A stretch of DNA of 64,000 bases from an uncultured Nitrososphaerota archaeon (GCA_963799845.1 CAWCYI010000006.1:1280001-1344000), one strand, 5' to 3'; shown: positions 1 through 11,049, numbered from the stretch's first letter. Numbers and translations are program-made. The notes: generated by a model from the sequence alone, not told the origin.

Positions 1-380
1 ATCGCTTGTGCGTCGATCCCCATTGCCAAGAACTTCATGGAAGAGCCATATCTGGACTCCCGGGTTATTTGAAGAAGAACATCGATTCAAAGACAGAGTG
101 GCATAGACAGACTTCTATTCATGTCGCTCACATTAAAGACGAAAGGGAACTTGCCTATAATCTCATTCGATATATGTTGGGCTGGGCAGGATACTTCAAA
201 TCACTCGTTCGCATCTGAAATATACAATGTATTTCGTTGGTAGAATAGAAGTTCAGGAAATTGATGTGGTACCGGATTAATACAAACCAAGATAATAAAA
301 CAAGAATTACATTACACTTCGCCAAAATTGCTTTTATACAATCACCGAGAGAAAGTTGTTCCCACTTGTCAGGGCAGATA

Positions 381-2804
381 GTGTTCGAGAAAGAAAAAGA
401 TGAATCTTTCATTGGGTCTTATGTTCGTAGAGTAGAAGATCTAACCTTGATCACTGGTCAGGGCAGATATGTTGACGACATTCGATTGCCTGGCTGCCTA
501 TTCGTTGCAATTGTTAGAAGCACATATCCACATGCAAGAATTATTTCGATTGATTCATCCAAGGCACTTGAAAGCTCTGGGGTCGTTGGGGTATTTACTG
601 GAGAGGATGTAAGGAAGGAAACAAATCCTGTTTATGACATAGAACCGATTCCCTTTCTCAAGTCCGCCGACGTTTATCCGTTGGCCGTTGGAAAAGTTCG
701 CTATGTTGGTGAACCCGTGGCAGCAGTAGTCGCTACCAGCTTAGATAAAGCTAAGGATGCCGTCGAGGAAGTTTCAGTCGAGTACGAACCCCTTTCGGTA
801 GTGATCGATGCCGAGGCTGCCCTAAACTCCAAAGCAGCTCTTGTATACGAAGACTGGGGAAACAACCTCATGCTCCACTATAGATTCTCCGCTGGTAATA
901 TTGAAGAGGCATTTGACAAAGCCGACGTGGTGATAGACGAAAGGATCTCAATTCACAGGCATTCACCGATGCCAATTGAGACGAATTGTTACCTCGCAAA
1001 CTATGACTCTACAGGGCTCACTCTTTGGGCGACGACCCAACAGCCACATGTATTGAGAACGGTCATAGCAGAGACCTTGGGCCTGCCAGAAGGCAAAGTC
1101 AGAGTAATCCAGCCTGACGTAGGTGGCGGATTTGGTGAAAAATGCCCGACGCATCATGAAGAAATTCTCGTCTGTTATCTCTCTGAGCTTTTGAGACGGC
1201 CGATTAGGTACTCCGAAGATAGGAAAGAACACCTAACCGCATCACATCAAGCTAGAGAGCAAGTTCATTATGTTCGAGTCGCGGCTAACAAAGATGGAGA
1301 GATATTAGCAGTAAAGGACAGGATCGTTGGGAACATGGGAACATACTTCCCAAATCCCGGTCCAACCTCGTTCATGACGACCGCGAGATTCATTCCCGGT
1401 TGCTACAAAATCAGAAATTACGCCGTCGAAGTGCTTGGGGCTGCCACAAATAAACCGGCGTATGGATCCTACAGGGGATTCGGCAAGGACTCTGCAAATT
1501 TCGTGATAGAGAGAATAATCGAGATTCTTTCGGAAAAAATAGGAATGGATTCAGTGCAACTTCGCTTGAAGAATCTTATTCGCAATGAAGATTTTCCATT
1601 TAGATCTGTCACGGGAGCCCTCTATGACAAAGTCGACTATTCAAAGAACTTGGAAAAAGCACTGACAATGTCAAATTATGATTCTCTGAGAATGAGGCAG
1701 GCAGAAAGCAAGTCTTCCGAGAACAAGCGAATCGGAATCGGTCTCGCCGTCGTGATTGAACCTTCTTCCCCACACCACCCGGGTACATTAGCGATGGGGT
1801 TTGAAGGCTCGCGAGTAAGGTTAGAACCTTCAGGAAAAGTCAGCGTGTATACAGGTATCACATCTTCAGGAACAGGTACTAGAACTTCTTTCACTCAAAT
1901 TGCAGCTGATGAACTATCCGTCAAAATTGAGGATGTGACGGTTGTCCAAGGAGATACTTCGGAGACTCCGTACGGTTACGGAATGTGGGGATCAAGGTCA
2001 ATAGTCGCAGGGGGAAATTCCGTATTGCTTTCGTGCAGAAAGCTCCGAAATAGAATTCTTTCACTGGCTGCATATTCACTTAATGAGGAAGAGAGGAATC
2101 TGGGCATTTCGGACGGTGTTATATCAAGCGCTCGTAACAGAGAACTTCATATATCATTTAGCGAAATAGCAGCGGCGTTTTACCGGGCAACAAGACCGAT
2201 TCCGTCAGATCTCCTAGAAGATGGGCTTGAAGTAACCTCGTATTATCTGCCGCCCGCAGTAGAAAGTTTGCCGAACAAGGATGGAGTAAGGAACGTATAC
2301 TCCGCTTATGGAAATTCAGTATGTATTTGCGTTGTTGAGACAGACTTTGAAACTGGCGTCATCAAGATAATAGATTACTTTACAGTTGTCGACGAAGGCC
2401 GGATCATAAATCCAGTGATCCTCGAAGGACAGGTCCATGGTGGTGCAGTGCAAGCTATAGGAGGAACGATTTTCGAAGAGAACGCCTATGACAATGAAGG
2501 CCAGCCTCTCGCCACAACATTTATGGATTATTTGATTCCCAGCGCTTGCGAATCTCCCAATATTATCGTATCACTTCAGGAAACCAGATCGCCCGCTACG
2601 CTGCTTGGGGCAAAGGGAGCAGGCGAAGGGCCGGTGGAAGGAGCTTACGCGGCGGTAACCAACGCGGTCGAGGATTCACTTAGGCCGTTCGGAGTACGAA
2701 TTCGCGAGCTTCCGCTTAAGCCAGAAAACATCTGGCGTCTACTGCGCGCTTGTGATCGTTTCGCGAAGCCAGATTCCAAATTAAGGACAGTAGTCGGCAA
2801 CTAA
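381..2804 (+). CDS. Xanthine dehydrogenase/CoxL-family molybdopterin-binding large subunit (Mo hydroxylase, not form I CO dehydrogenase)
   Basis: ORF 261..2804, likely start GTG 381. Motifs RVEDLTLITGQGRYVDD, VGGGFGEK, SYRGFG, GQVHGG and GAKGAGE (catalytic Glu). Lacks the AYxCSFR motif of form I CODH. Confidence 0.92.
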   Translation: MFEKEKDESFIGSYVRRVEDLTLITGQGRYVDDIRLPGCLFVAIVRSTYPHARIISIDSSKALESSGVVGVFTGEDVRKETNPVYDIEPIPFLKSADVYPLAVGKVRYVGEPVAAVVATSLDKAKDAVEEVSVEYEPLSVVIDAEAALNSKAALVYEDWGNNLMLHYRFSAGNIEEAFDKADVVIDERISIHRHSPMPIETNCYLANYDSTGLTLWATTQQPHVLRTVIAETLGLPEGKVRVIQPDVGGGFGEKCPTHHEEILVCYLSELLRRPIRYSEDRKEHLTASHQAREQVHYVRVAANKDGEILAVKDRIVGNMGTYFPNPGPTSFMTTARFIPGCYKIRNYAVEVLGAATNKPAYGSYRGFGKDSANFVIERIIEILSEKIGMDSVQLRLKNLIRNEDFPFRSVTGALYDKVDYSKNLEKALTMSNYDSLRMRQAESKSSENKRIGIGLAVVIEPSSPHHPGTLAMGFEGSRVRLEPSGKVSVYTGITSSGTGTRTSFTQIAADELSVKIEDVTVVQGDTSETPYGYGMWGSRSIVAGGNSVLLSCRKLRNRILSLAAYSLNEEERNLGISDGVISSARNRELHISFSEIAAAFYRATRPIPSDLLEDGLEVTSYYLPPAVESLPNKDGVRNVYSAYGNSVCICVVETDFETGVIKIIDYFTVVDEGRIINPVILEGQVHGGAVQAIGGTIFEENAYDNEGQPLATTFMDYLIPSACESPNIIVSLQETRSPATLLGAKGAGEGPVEGAYAAVTNAVEDSLRPFGVRIRELPLKPENIWRLLRACDRFAKPDSKLRTVVGN

Positions 2805-2884
2805 ACCGTTTTCGCTATTTCTAGCAATATGAATATCAACAAAAAGAAAGAATCGATAGAAGGAGCAAAATTCCAGATCTCCTT

Positions 2885-4279
2885 CTATGCGCGCTTTGAG
2901 ATTACGGTGCTCTCGAAGATGTCAAGACCTTTGTCTATTAGGGATTGACTGATCGTAAGTGGTCCCATGAATCTAAAGACATTTCCGTAATGGCCGCAGG
3001 TATGCATCAAAAGCCCTCTGTGGCATAATTCTAGACGTGCTTGCTTTGCGAAATCAGTTGCTGGTGATTTGCTCCTGAGGTCATCAACAACTTCTATTCC
3101 GATCATGAAGCCCGAACCCCTGACTTCTCCTATGTTGCGAGCTTGGCTAGCATCTTCTCGCAACCGATTCATCATCTGTCTTCCCAAGCTCATCGCTCTC
3201 TGTGGAAGCTCGCACTTTTGCAGAATATTCAGAACTGCGGTGCCAGCAGCGAGGCCAAGCACATTGCCCCTGTAGGTCCCAAGGTGAAATCCCGCGGGTA
3301 ATTTTTCGTCGTATTCAGATCTGTAGGCAATCATAGATACAGGTATTCCGCCACCTATGGTCTTTGAAATTAGAATTATGTCAGGAGTTGTGTCCGTAAG
3401 CTCGCACCCCCACATTTTTCCAGATCGACCCAACCCACATTGTATTTCATCGGCGATCAAGGGAACATCGTATTTCGTTGCAATCTCTCTCAAGCCCGGA
3501 AGGAAATTCTTGGGAGGGACGATGTACCCACCCTCTCCCTGAATAGGCTCAACTAATATCCCAGCGAGGCTGTTCAAGCCCGAATGTTGATCTCTAATCG
3601 AGTGCTCCAGGTAATCTAAAATGAATTGGGCGTACTCTTCTGGACCCTTATCTACGATAGGTCTATAGCTGTATGGATAGGGAAATCTGTGTACGCCATA
3701 ATCTGGAACTGCGGCGTAATCCTTGTAGTGACCCGTTGAGGTCATACTTACTATGCCCTGCGCAACTCCATGATAGGCTCCCTCAAAGCAAACAATAGTT
3801 CTCTTGCCGGTCAACCATCTTGCCATGCTGATCGCAGCTTCTGCAGCATCACCTCCGGAAACCGTGAACAGCACCTTCGAGTGATACTTCAAGTCGCCCG
3901 GCAAAACGCCACTTAGGGCCTCCAAGAAATCGATACGAGTTTGAGTCGGCAATTCCAAACTATGCCATATCTTGTCCTCCTGCGCCCTAACTGCCTTCGT
4001 TATCTCTGGATTTCGATGACCGAGATTAAGAACCGAGACTCCAGAAACCCAATCGATGTAACAATTCCCGTCGACATCTTTGACTGTAGAACCCTTGCCA
4101 GTGTCGACGGCTATGGGCCAGTAATTTGGATAGACGACGGCTCTTGTTTCATACCTCCTCTGGGAATCGAGGAGCGCCTTTGACTTTGGCCCAGGAGGAG
4201 CGACCACTATTTTTGGGGCATCGAAATTTTCGTATTCCAACTCTGAATCGGCGATTTGCATTGTTTTCAGACCCTTCAT
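2885..4279 (-). CDS. Class III PLP aminotransferase (4-aminobutyrate/beta-alanine aminotransferase-like)
   Basis: Motifs EPIQGEGG, LIADEIQCGLGRSG, SKTIGGG (PLP Lys) and GTYRGN. Confidence 0.9.
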   Translation of the reverse strand: MKGLKTMQIADSELEYENFDAPKIVVAPPGPKSKALLDSQRRYETRAVVYPNYWPIAVDTGKGSTVKDVDGNCYIDWVSGVSVLNLGHRNPEITKAVRAQEDKIWHSLELPTQTRIDFLEALSGVLPGDLKYHSKVLFTVSGGDAAEAAISMARWLTGKRTIVCFEGAYHGVAQGIVSMTSTGHYKDYAAVPDYGVHRFPYPYSYRPIVDKGPEEYAQFILDYLEHSIRDQHSGLNSLAGILVEPIQGEGGYIVPPKNFLPGLREIATKYDVPLIADEIQCGLGRSGKMWGCELTDTTPDIILISKTIGGGIPVSMIAYRSEYDEKLPAGFHLGTYRGNVLGLAAGTAVLNILQKCELPQRAMSLGRQMMNRLREDASQARNIGEVRGSGFMIGIEVVDDLRSKSPATDFAKQARLELCHRGLLMHTCGHYGNVFRFMGPLTISQSLIDKGLDIFESTVISKRA

Positions 4280-4282
4280 TTA

Positions 4283-5722
4283 TCAATCGGCGAGGTTAAT
4301 ACTTGTTACTTTTGGCTCCGTCATCTCCAGCATACTATCTCGCACGCCTTCGCGACCAAATCCTGAGTTCTTGACTCCTCCAAACGGAAGTGCATCCCAC
4401 CGCAATCGGGTAGAGTCATTTATCATGACCGCACCAGCTCTTATCTCTCGCGACATCTGAATCGCTTTCTTTGTGTCTCCCGTAAAGATAGCGCTTTGCA
4501 ATCCATACGGCGAGCTGTTTGCAATCTTAATCGCTTCATCCACTGAATCAAACACAGTTATTGGAGCAACTGGCGCAAATACTTCTTCGGTTAGAACCAT
4601 TGCGTCTTTTGGCACGTCCGCTAGGACTGTCGGAGTGAAGAAATAACCTTTGTCAAAGGCTCTTTTGCCTCCATACAAGAGATTTGCTCCTTTCTGTATT
4701 GCATCGCGCGTAACACTTTCTGCGAATTCGACACTTTCCTCGTTTATGACTGGACCAATATCTGTAGCCTCATCCATTGGATCGCCTAATTTGAGTTGTT
4801 TTGTGTTCTCGACAAACATTTGAGAAAACTTCGAAACGATGGACGAATGAACGAGAAGACGTTTAGTCGAGTTACAGTTTTGTCCTGCATAGTCAAACCT
4901 GCCCCTCACTACAGTCTTCACGACTTTAGAAAGATCCGCGTCGGACATCACTATTGCAGCATCCGAACCTCCCAATTCCATGATAGTCCGCTTCGCTTTC
5001 GCGGCCGCTCTTGATGCTATCTTCAGTCCCACGCTTGTCGATCCGGTAAAAGTAATCAGTCCAATCGAAGAATGATCTGTTAGATAGTCACCTATCTCCC
5101 GACTATAACCGGTAACCACTGACACGCTTCCGTCTGGTGCTCCTGCTTTCTTCATGAGCTCTCCGAGCTTGATTGCAGATAACGGTGCGGATTGACTAGG
5201 CTTCACAATCACAGCATTCCCAGTGACAAATGCTGGACCAACCTTATGCGCAAATGAATTAGAAGGAAAATTAAATGGAGTAATAGCAAGTATGAGTCCT
5301 ATGGGTTCCCTCGTAGTCATCACCATCCTGTCTTCGTTTCCCAGAGGGTATTCGTAAGCGTCTACCCTGTGCACTCTACCTTCTAAGATGTTTTTGCTTT
5401 CTTCGGCACAGAAAGTGATTACGTGAATAGCTCGCAAGACTTCTACACGTGAATCCTTTATGGGCTTCCCTGTTTCCATTGCTAATGTTCTCGCAAGATC
5501 TTCCTGGTTCTGCAGCATAAGTTCTGCTGTCTTCTTTAGGACTGATGCTCTCTTGGCGAGTGTTGTCTTTCTCAGCTGAGCGGACCCAACGACAGCCGCC
5601 TCAATAACCGATCCTAATGAATCCGTGGTCATACGTGGAACTGTAGCAAATGAAGTCCCTGTTGCCGGATTCACAACTGGGATGTTCGTCTTTGGGTCAG
5701 ATACTTGTTGAGAAGTTTGCAT
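4283..5722 (-). CDS. NAD(P)-dependent aldehyde dehydrogenase (semialdehyde dehydrogenase-like)
   Basis: Motifs ITPFNFP, FTGSTSVG, MELGGSD, GQNC (catalytic Cys), EEVFAPV and PFGGVKNSGFGREG. Confidence 0.93.
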   Translation of the reverse strand: MQTSQQVSDPKTNIPVVNPATGTSFATVPRMTTDSLGSVIEAAVVGSAQLRKTTLAKRASVLKKTAELMLQNQEDLARTLAMETGKPIKDSRVEVLRAIHVITFCAEESKNILEGRVHRVDAYEYPLGNEDRMVMTTREPIGLILAITPFNFPSNSFAHKVGPAFVTGNAVIVKPSQSAPLSAIKLGELMKKAGAPDGSVSVVTGYSREIGDYLTDHSSIGLITFTGSTSVGLKIASRAAAKAKRTIMELGGSDAAIVMSDADLSKVVKTVVRGRFDYAGQNCNSTKRLLVHSSIVSKFSQMFVENTKQLKLGDPMDEATDIGPVINEESVEFAESVTRDAIQKGANLLYGGKRAFDKGYFFTPTVLADVPKDAMVLTEEVFAPVAPITVFDSVDEAIKIANSSPYGLQSAIFTGDTKKAIQMSREIRAGAVMINDSTRLRWDALPFGGVKNSGFGREGVRDSMLEMTEPKVTSINLAD

Positions 5723-5880
5723 CTTATCATCTGTCCAACTGATAAGCTGCTAGAAATACATTATCAGACAGAAATTACTGAACGCAGTGGTTCAGCGTGG
5801 CTTTCTCACGTGTCTAAAAAGTGACCGTATGTCGTTCGCGATGATATCGTCAACGAATTTGTGATGCAAAAATAAGAGAC

Positions 5881-6690
5881 TTACACGTCCCAACCGCCAT
5901 CAACGACAATATCGTGCCCACTGATCTGGCGCCCCCCGTCCGAGACGAGAAACAGAGCAGCGCGAGCTATGTCTTCAGCTAGTGTGAATCTTCCAAGAGC
6001 CATTTCCGAAACATACTTATCGTAAACGTCTTGCTCTGAACAATTCCATGCTTTTGCCTTTTTAGCAATGATGTTCGACATCCTCTTTCCCTCGACGACG
6101 CCGGGGCAGATTGCATTTACATTAATGTTGTATTTGCCAACTTCTAGGGCGAGAGTCCGCGTCATTCCTCTGACAGCCCACTTCGACGAGGAATAGGCAG
6201 CTCGATTAACGTAACCCCTGAGGCCAGATGTCCCTGCTATATTGACAATTTTTCCATGTTTTTGCTTAATCATGATTGGCACGATTGCTTTGCAGACAAG
6301 AAATGTTCCTTTAACGTTCGAACCAATTACGTAATCCCAATCCTCTTCACTTATTTCGTGCAGTGGGGTCTCAACTGGTCCTGTCACGCCTGCTGCATTT
6401 ACGAGAATGTCGATTGCACTGTACTTGGAGAGAACATTGTTGACCGATTCTTGTATCGACTTCTGGTTTGTAACGTCCGCGAATGTGGTAATGGCATTTG
6501 CCCCGGTCTCCCTGAGTTTTGCTTGGACTTCCCGCATCTTTGCTTCGTTTCTAGCAGCAATAGCCACATTGGCCCCGCACTGACCAAAGGCGTCGCAAAT
6601 CGCAGCTCCAATGTCAGAATCCGCGCCTGTGACATAAGCCGTTTGTCCTTTCAGGCTCACTTGACCATATTTCGTGGTCTGCTCGAGCAT
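5881..6690 (-). CDS. Short-chain dehydrogenase/reductase (SDR)
   Basis: TGADSDIG Rossmann variant, LVNAAG, YSSSK catalytic motif, NAICPG, VDGG C-terminus. Confidence 0.92.
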   Translation of the reverse strand: MLEQTTKYGQVSLKGQTAYVTGADSDIGAAICDAFGQCGANVAIAARNEAKMREVQAKLRETGANAITTFADVTNQKSIQESVNNVLSKYSAIDILVNAAGVTGPVETPLHEISEEDWDYVIGSNVKGTFLVCKAIVPIMIKQKHGKIVNIAGTSGLRGYVNRAAYSSSKWAVRGMTRTLALEVGKYNINVNAICPGVVEGKRMSNIIAKKAKAWNCSEQDVYDKYVSEMALGRFTLAEDIARAALFLVSDGGRQISGHDIVVDGGWDV

Positions 6691-6721
6691 TGCTTCTTCA
6701 CTTCAATTTGAAAGAGTAGTT

Positions 6722-7618
6722 CTAATTAATCCCCAGGATTTTTGCTGGATTCTCGCTTAGCATTCTGACCAAATCCTTGTCATTCAAGTCTTCGTCCAGC
6801 AAGGAAGCACAAAGCATTCTTAAACCCTCAGGATGAGGCGGACCAGAATATTGCCCCAAGTCCGATGATAAGATGAGCTTGTCACTTCCAATCGACTTGA
6901 TCCATCCAGCCAGCTCCTTCGGAGTCTGCTCATAGAAGATTGGAGAAACACACGAGACTGCAACGTATTCGAGATATGCGCCCTTATCGATGTAAAATTT
7001 CTGCTTCTCGAGTGGGAGCTTGCAAAGTGCCCAATTCGCATGAGTCACGATCATGCGCTTTACTCCCTTCTTCACTGCCGCGTCTAGCAACTTATCGATC
7101 TCGGGTTGGCTAAGATGACCCGTTGCAAGACACACATCATTTTCCGCAATTATCTCCAGAGTCTGCAAGGCTTCTGGCAAAAGCTCGCCGGAGTCATCCA
7201 AGACAGTGACCCCGTTGCCTTTTAGCTGCTTTTTAGGCCTGCCCAGCTGGGGATAGTCTGAGATTCCAAAATATTCAGCGTGATGCTTCGAGTGGTTGCT
7301 AGGCATCCAAATTACTTTGGCACCATAGTGAATAGCTGACTGCACCACATATGGGTTTATGCCGCCGACCGATCGGTTTAGTACAACCCCTCCAAATACA
7401 GCCAAGTCGGGATAGTTTTTCTTAACATAGTAAGCTCTTCCACATGTCATCATATCATGATCTTTCAGCACAAAGCCTCGCATTCCGTATTCCTTTGCAT
7501 ATTTTGCAAGCTCCATATCATCAATTGGTCTCCGAAAGAGAGCGGGAGCTGTATGGGCGTGCATATCAATTCCATTTTGCAAAACTTCGTAATCTTTTCG
7601 CATGCCATCCGCACCCAT
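6722..7618 (-). CDS. DUF6282-like amidohydrolase-superfamily TIM-barrel protein
   Basis: IDMHAHTAP (HxH), LKDH, GGVVLNRSVGGINP, TGHL, VTH, SSDLGQ and ENPAKILG. Confidence 0.75.
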   Translation of the reverse strand: MGADGMRKDYEVLQNGIDMHAHTAPALFRRPIDDMELAKYAKEYGMRGFVLKDHDMMTCGRAYYVKKNYPDLAVFGGVVLNRSVGGINPYVVQSAIHYGAKVIWMPSNHSKHHAEYFGISDYPQLGRPKKQLKGNGVTVLDDSGELLPEALQTLEIIAENDVCLATGHLSQPEIDKLLDAAVKKGVKRMIVTHANWALCKLPLEKQKFYIDKGAYLEYVAVSCVSPIFYEQTPKELAGWIKSIGSDKLILSSDLGQYSGPPHPEGLRMLCASLLDEDLNDKDLVRMLSENPAKILGIN

Positions 7619-7741
7619 CAGACCACATTAATAAGCAAAATGAATCTTGTGAGTGGTAGCCTGACTCATTACTCCAGTACAATTGAATCAAATTGCGCCA
7701 CACATATAAATCAAAATACAAGAATGCAAGACAGCGGAACA

Positions 7742-8617
7742 ATGTCCGGTCCGAACAATGGCTTGCTCAAGGAAAGGCTCGACGAGGTTGTTGAGCTAGG
7801 CCTTTCACAAGCTCAGGCTTACGTTTACATTGTGTTGCTTTCTCTTGGGCCATCGGTTGCTAGGACCATTTCCCGTGTATCGAGATTAGGCAGAGAAGAT
7901 ACCTACAGAGCGCTCAGGTTCCTCAAATCACTCGGAATGGTAGAAGTCATAATGGACAAGCCGTACACATTTGCGGCTGTCGAGCCCAACGTCGCTGTGA
8001 GGATCTTGACTTCGCAACTAGATAACAAATTTGCGGTATTGCGAGATAAAGCTGTGAAGGTAGGGGAGTGGCTCGAAGGTCTTGACAGAGTGAAAACCAC
8101 GAATGATGTTCCGCCTGATAAAATGGTATTCAGGCTCGAAGGTGGTTCACAGATTTTCGAAAGAATGTCAAAGCTTATTCTGAGTTGCAGATTCGAGCTT
8201 GTGAGAATCACATCTTCAACGGGGATATCACAGAATTACGTTTTAGGAGTTTTCGAGCAGGAGAAACAAATCGCAGAGAACGGTGTCAAGATAAGGGCAA
8301 TAACTGAAGAAAAGTCTAGCAATCGCGACATCTTAACAGAATATTCACAGTTTGTTGACTTGAGATTCTTGGAGGGTTTGAGATCATCACTAAAATTTAT
8401 TATAGGCGATGATTCTCAAATGATCTTCTTTACGACAAATCCTACGCAAAATGTTAGAGACTTAGGCGCTGTTTGGACAAACAACAAACCATTGATTGAA
8501 GGCTTTAAGAAACAATTCGAAGTATGTTGGGCTTCCGCGCGGCCAGCCGCTGAGGTCTTGACCAGCGTTGAATCTCAAAGTGTGAGTGGCAAGACGCCAC
8601 ATCTTTCTGGGATATAA
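7742..8617 (+). CDS. trmB: TrmB-family archaeal transcriptional regulator
   Basis: N-terminal wHTH LGLSQAQAYVYIVLL...REDTYRALRFLKSLGMVE and a C-terminal PLD-like effector domain. TATA-like CATATAAA at about 7703. ORF-track start 7457 overlaps the opposite gene. Confidence 0.82.
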   Translation: MSGPNNGLLKERLDEVVELGLSQAQAYVYIVLLSLGPSVARTISRVSRLGREDTYRALRFLKSLGMVEVIMDKPYTFAAVEPNVAVRILTSQLDNKFAVLRDKAVKVGEWLEGLDRVKTTNDVPPDKMVFRLEGGSQIFERMSKLILSCRFELVRITSSTGISQNYVLGVFEQEKQIAENGVKIRAITEEKSSNRDILTEYSQFVDLRFLEGLRSSLKFIIGDDSQMIFFTTNPTQNVRDLGAVWTNNKPLIEGFKKQFEVCWASARPAAEVLTSVESQSVSGKTPHLSGI

Positions 8618-8645
8618 ACTGCTTATCTTTCCTATCGGATGCAGA

Positions 8646-9560
8646 ATGAGTAGGAATATTCAGACCCTAATCAGAACACTGGGATCACTAAATTATCTTG
8701 ATTCGAGACTGATTCGTCCCTCTGAACTTCAGCTCAGAAAATCCCAAGGAAATCTCGACGACTTGGTCGAGTCGATAAAGCAGAATGGATTACTTCAACC
8801 AATAGTTGTCCGCCCTAAAAGCGAGTACTTCGAAGTTGTAGCAGGAAACAGACGATTCGCCGCGTGTAGGAGCTTACGAATAACCAAAATTCTCTGCATG
8901 ATTAAGGAACTGTCAGATAAGGAGGCGTATGAGGTATCACTCGTTGAAAATGTCCAACGCGAAACCCTTGATCCGATCGAGGAAGCTATGGCGTTTGAGA
9001 ATTACGTTAAGAAATTTGGATATGGAAGCACGACCGAGCTCAGCAAGCAAATTGGCAAGAGCGAGGAGTATGTATCGCATAGAATCCTCCTTCTTTCATT
9101 ACCTAATGATGTGCTCAAGAATGTAAGTAGTCGACAACTCAGTCCAACAGTCGCAGAGGAGCTGATTTGGTTGAAAGATCCTATGAGGCAAACTGATCTT
9201 GGAAAAGAACTTGCGCAATTCAAACTTTCTGCGAAGAAGGTCCGGCAGGTCGTGAAGCTGGTTAGGAAGAACATCGAAGTTTCGCAAGCGATCACCGAGG
9301 TGTCAGATTCAACTCCAGACTTTGGCAAGCAGAGCCACGAAATAGAACGAAAGAGTGATGATGTCAAAATTATCAGCGAAGCAACGCTGGTCTTCAAGAG
9401 TACTCTCATTCATCTGGATTCGTTGATAGACCGCATATCTGATGAAAGCCGCCTTAAGAAAAACTTAATCGGGAAGAGATACCTAGTACATCAGATATTG
9501 GATGAACTTATCAGAATGAGGAATGACAAGATAAAGATAACTGACACGGCGAATTTCTGA
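8646..9560 (+). CDS. parB: ParB/RepB/Spo0J-family CTPase-fold DNA-binding protein (orphan, no ParA nearby)
   Basis: LVESIKQNGLLQPIVVRP, VAGNRRFAA (GxRR), ENVQRETLDPIEEA and HTH TTELSKQIGKSEEYVSHRI. TATAAA at about 8614 supports ATG 8646. Confidence 0.88.
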   Translation: MSRNIQTLIRTLGSLNYLDSRLIRPSELQLRKSQGNLDDLVESIKQNGLLQPIVVRPKSEYFEVVAGNRRFAACRSLRITKILCMIKELSDKEAYEVSLVENVQRETLDPIEEAMAFENYVKKFGYGSTTELSKQIGKSEEYVSHRILLLSLPNDVLKNVSSRQLSPTVAEELIWLKDPMRQTDLGKELAQFKLSAKKVRQVVKLVRKNIEVSQAITEVSDSTPDFGKQSHEIERKSDDVKIISEATLVFKSTLIHLDSLIDRISDESRLKKNLIGKRYLVHQILDELIRMRNDKIKITDTANF

Positions 9561-9619
9561 TAAAGTTCAATACGCTATCTAATTAGTATTTTTTTCTTGG
9601 GATTCAGGAAGTACGAAAA

Positions 9620-11049
9620 ATGCCGGTGGACCTAGTGATCAAGAACTGTGTTGTAGTTAACTCTTGGGGGAGTCTCAATGGAGGAGTCGCGATAGAAGAT
9701 GACAAGATAGTAGCGGTAGGATCTGAATCTAGCCTACCAAAGGGTGAAAAGACGATCAATGCGAACGGCCGACCTTTGCTTCCAGGAATCATCGACCCAC
9801 ACGTGCACCTGAATCAAGGTCCGGAAATGCCAGACCTAGACGCTGCGGAGAAACGCGCCTTTAAAACTGAAACAGAGTCAGCCGCCTTTGGAGGCGTTAC
9901 TACCGTTATGACATTCCTTTACAAGACACAGCCCTTGCTAAAGATCTTTGAGGAGACCAAGGCTGAGTGCGAGAAAAAGCTATGGTCAATGTCGTCTTCA
10001 ACGGCACTGTCCTAATAGATCAGCACATTGTGGAGATGGAGGAGGTCGCAAAGAAGACTGGGATCACTGGCTGGAAGTATCTCATGCCGTATAGGCAAAG
10101 CGAAGCTGCTTCTTTGGGGCTAAAGGATTCTTCGGGTGTGGACGATTATTCGCTTTATCTCGGCATGAAAGAGATCAGCAAACTCGGCTTTCCGGCGATC
10201 GCAATGATTCACACAGAAAACGTCGAAATCTTCTGGAGGCTCAGCAAGGAGCTAAAGGCAGAAGGTCGCTACGACATTGACGCTTGGTGGGAGGCTCGCC
10301 CCAAATTTGCTGAAGAGGAATACATGCACAGGGCAGTCTATTTCTCAGAACTCACTGGCTCCAGAATCTATATTGTGCACCTGAGTATCGGCAGCGGTGT
10401 AAAGATTATCAAAGAGGCACGAGTGCGAGGCGTAAAAGCCCATGTTGAGACCTGTCCTCACTATCTTACGCACACCAAGGAGGAGGTGAAGGGGATGGGT
10501 AAGCTTGCAAAACTTAACCCGCCGTTGAGGGACAAAGAGGATCAGGATCTACTGTGGGACGGAATATTCTCAAGGGAAATAGACTCGATGGGGACAGACC
10601 ATTGCGCCCTAACAAAAGAACTGAAGGATAGGACAGGCGACATCTGGAGTTGCGTTCCAGGCTTTCCCGGAGTCGCAACAATGCTTCCAGTAATGCTACA
10701 CGCGGGGGTGAATCAACGAAAGCTTCCGCTCGAGACGGTAGCGCACGTTTGTTCCTACAAGACCGCACAAGTGTTTGGTCTCTATCCAAGAAAGGGAGCA
10801 ATTCAAGTCGGCGCTGATGCGGATTTGACGCTCGTTGATCTTAAGAAAGAAGTCAAAGTCACGCCCGAGCTTCTTCGAAGTGTATCGGATTATACCCTGT
10901 ACGATGGATGGACTTTCAAGGGTTGGCCAGTATTGACTGTCGTCAACGGCAAGGTCGTCATGGACGACCTACAGATAGTTGGTAAGCCTGGAACAGGAAA
11001 ATATGTTCCCAGAAAATTGGGCGAGCCACCAAAAATCGTCGGAAAATAA
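9620..11049 (+). CDS. Cyclic amidohydrolase (dihydropyrimidinase/allantoinase family), split by one frameshift at about 9978
   Basis: ORFs 9620..10015 and 9967..11049 join. Motifs PGIIDPHVH, GGVTT, carboxylated-Lys site GWKY, IHTEN, VHLS, ETCPHYL, NPPLR and TDHC. The frameshift is in an A-run abutting AGCT. Confidence 0.88.

Noticed and set aside
6-218. ORF at the window edge
   Set aside because: Probably the 3' end of a gene starting outside the window; too little sequence to identify.
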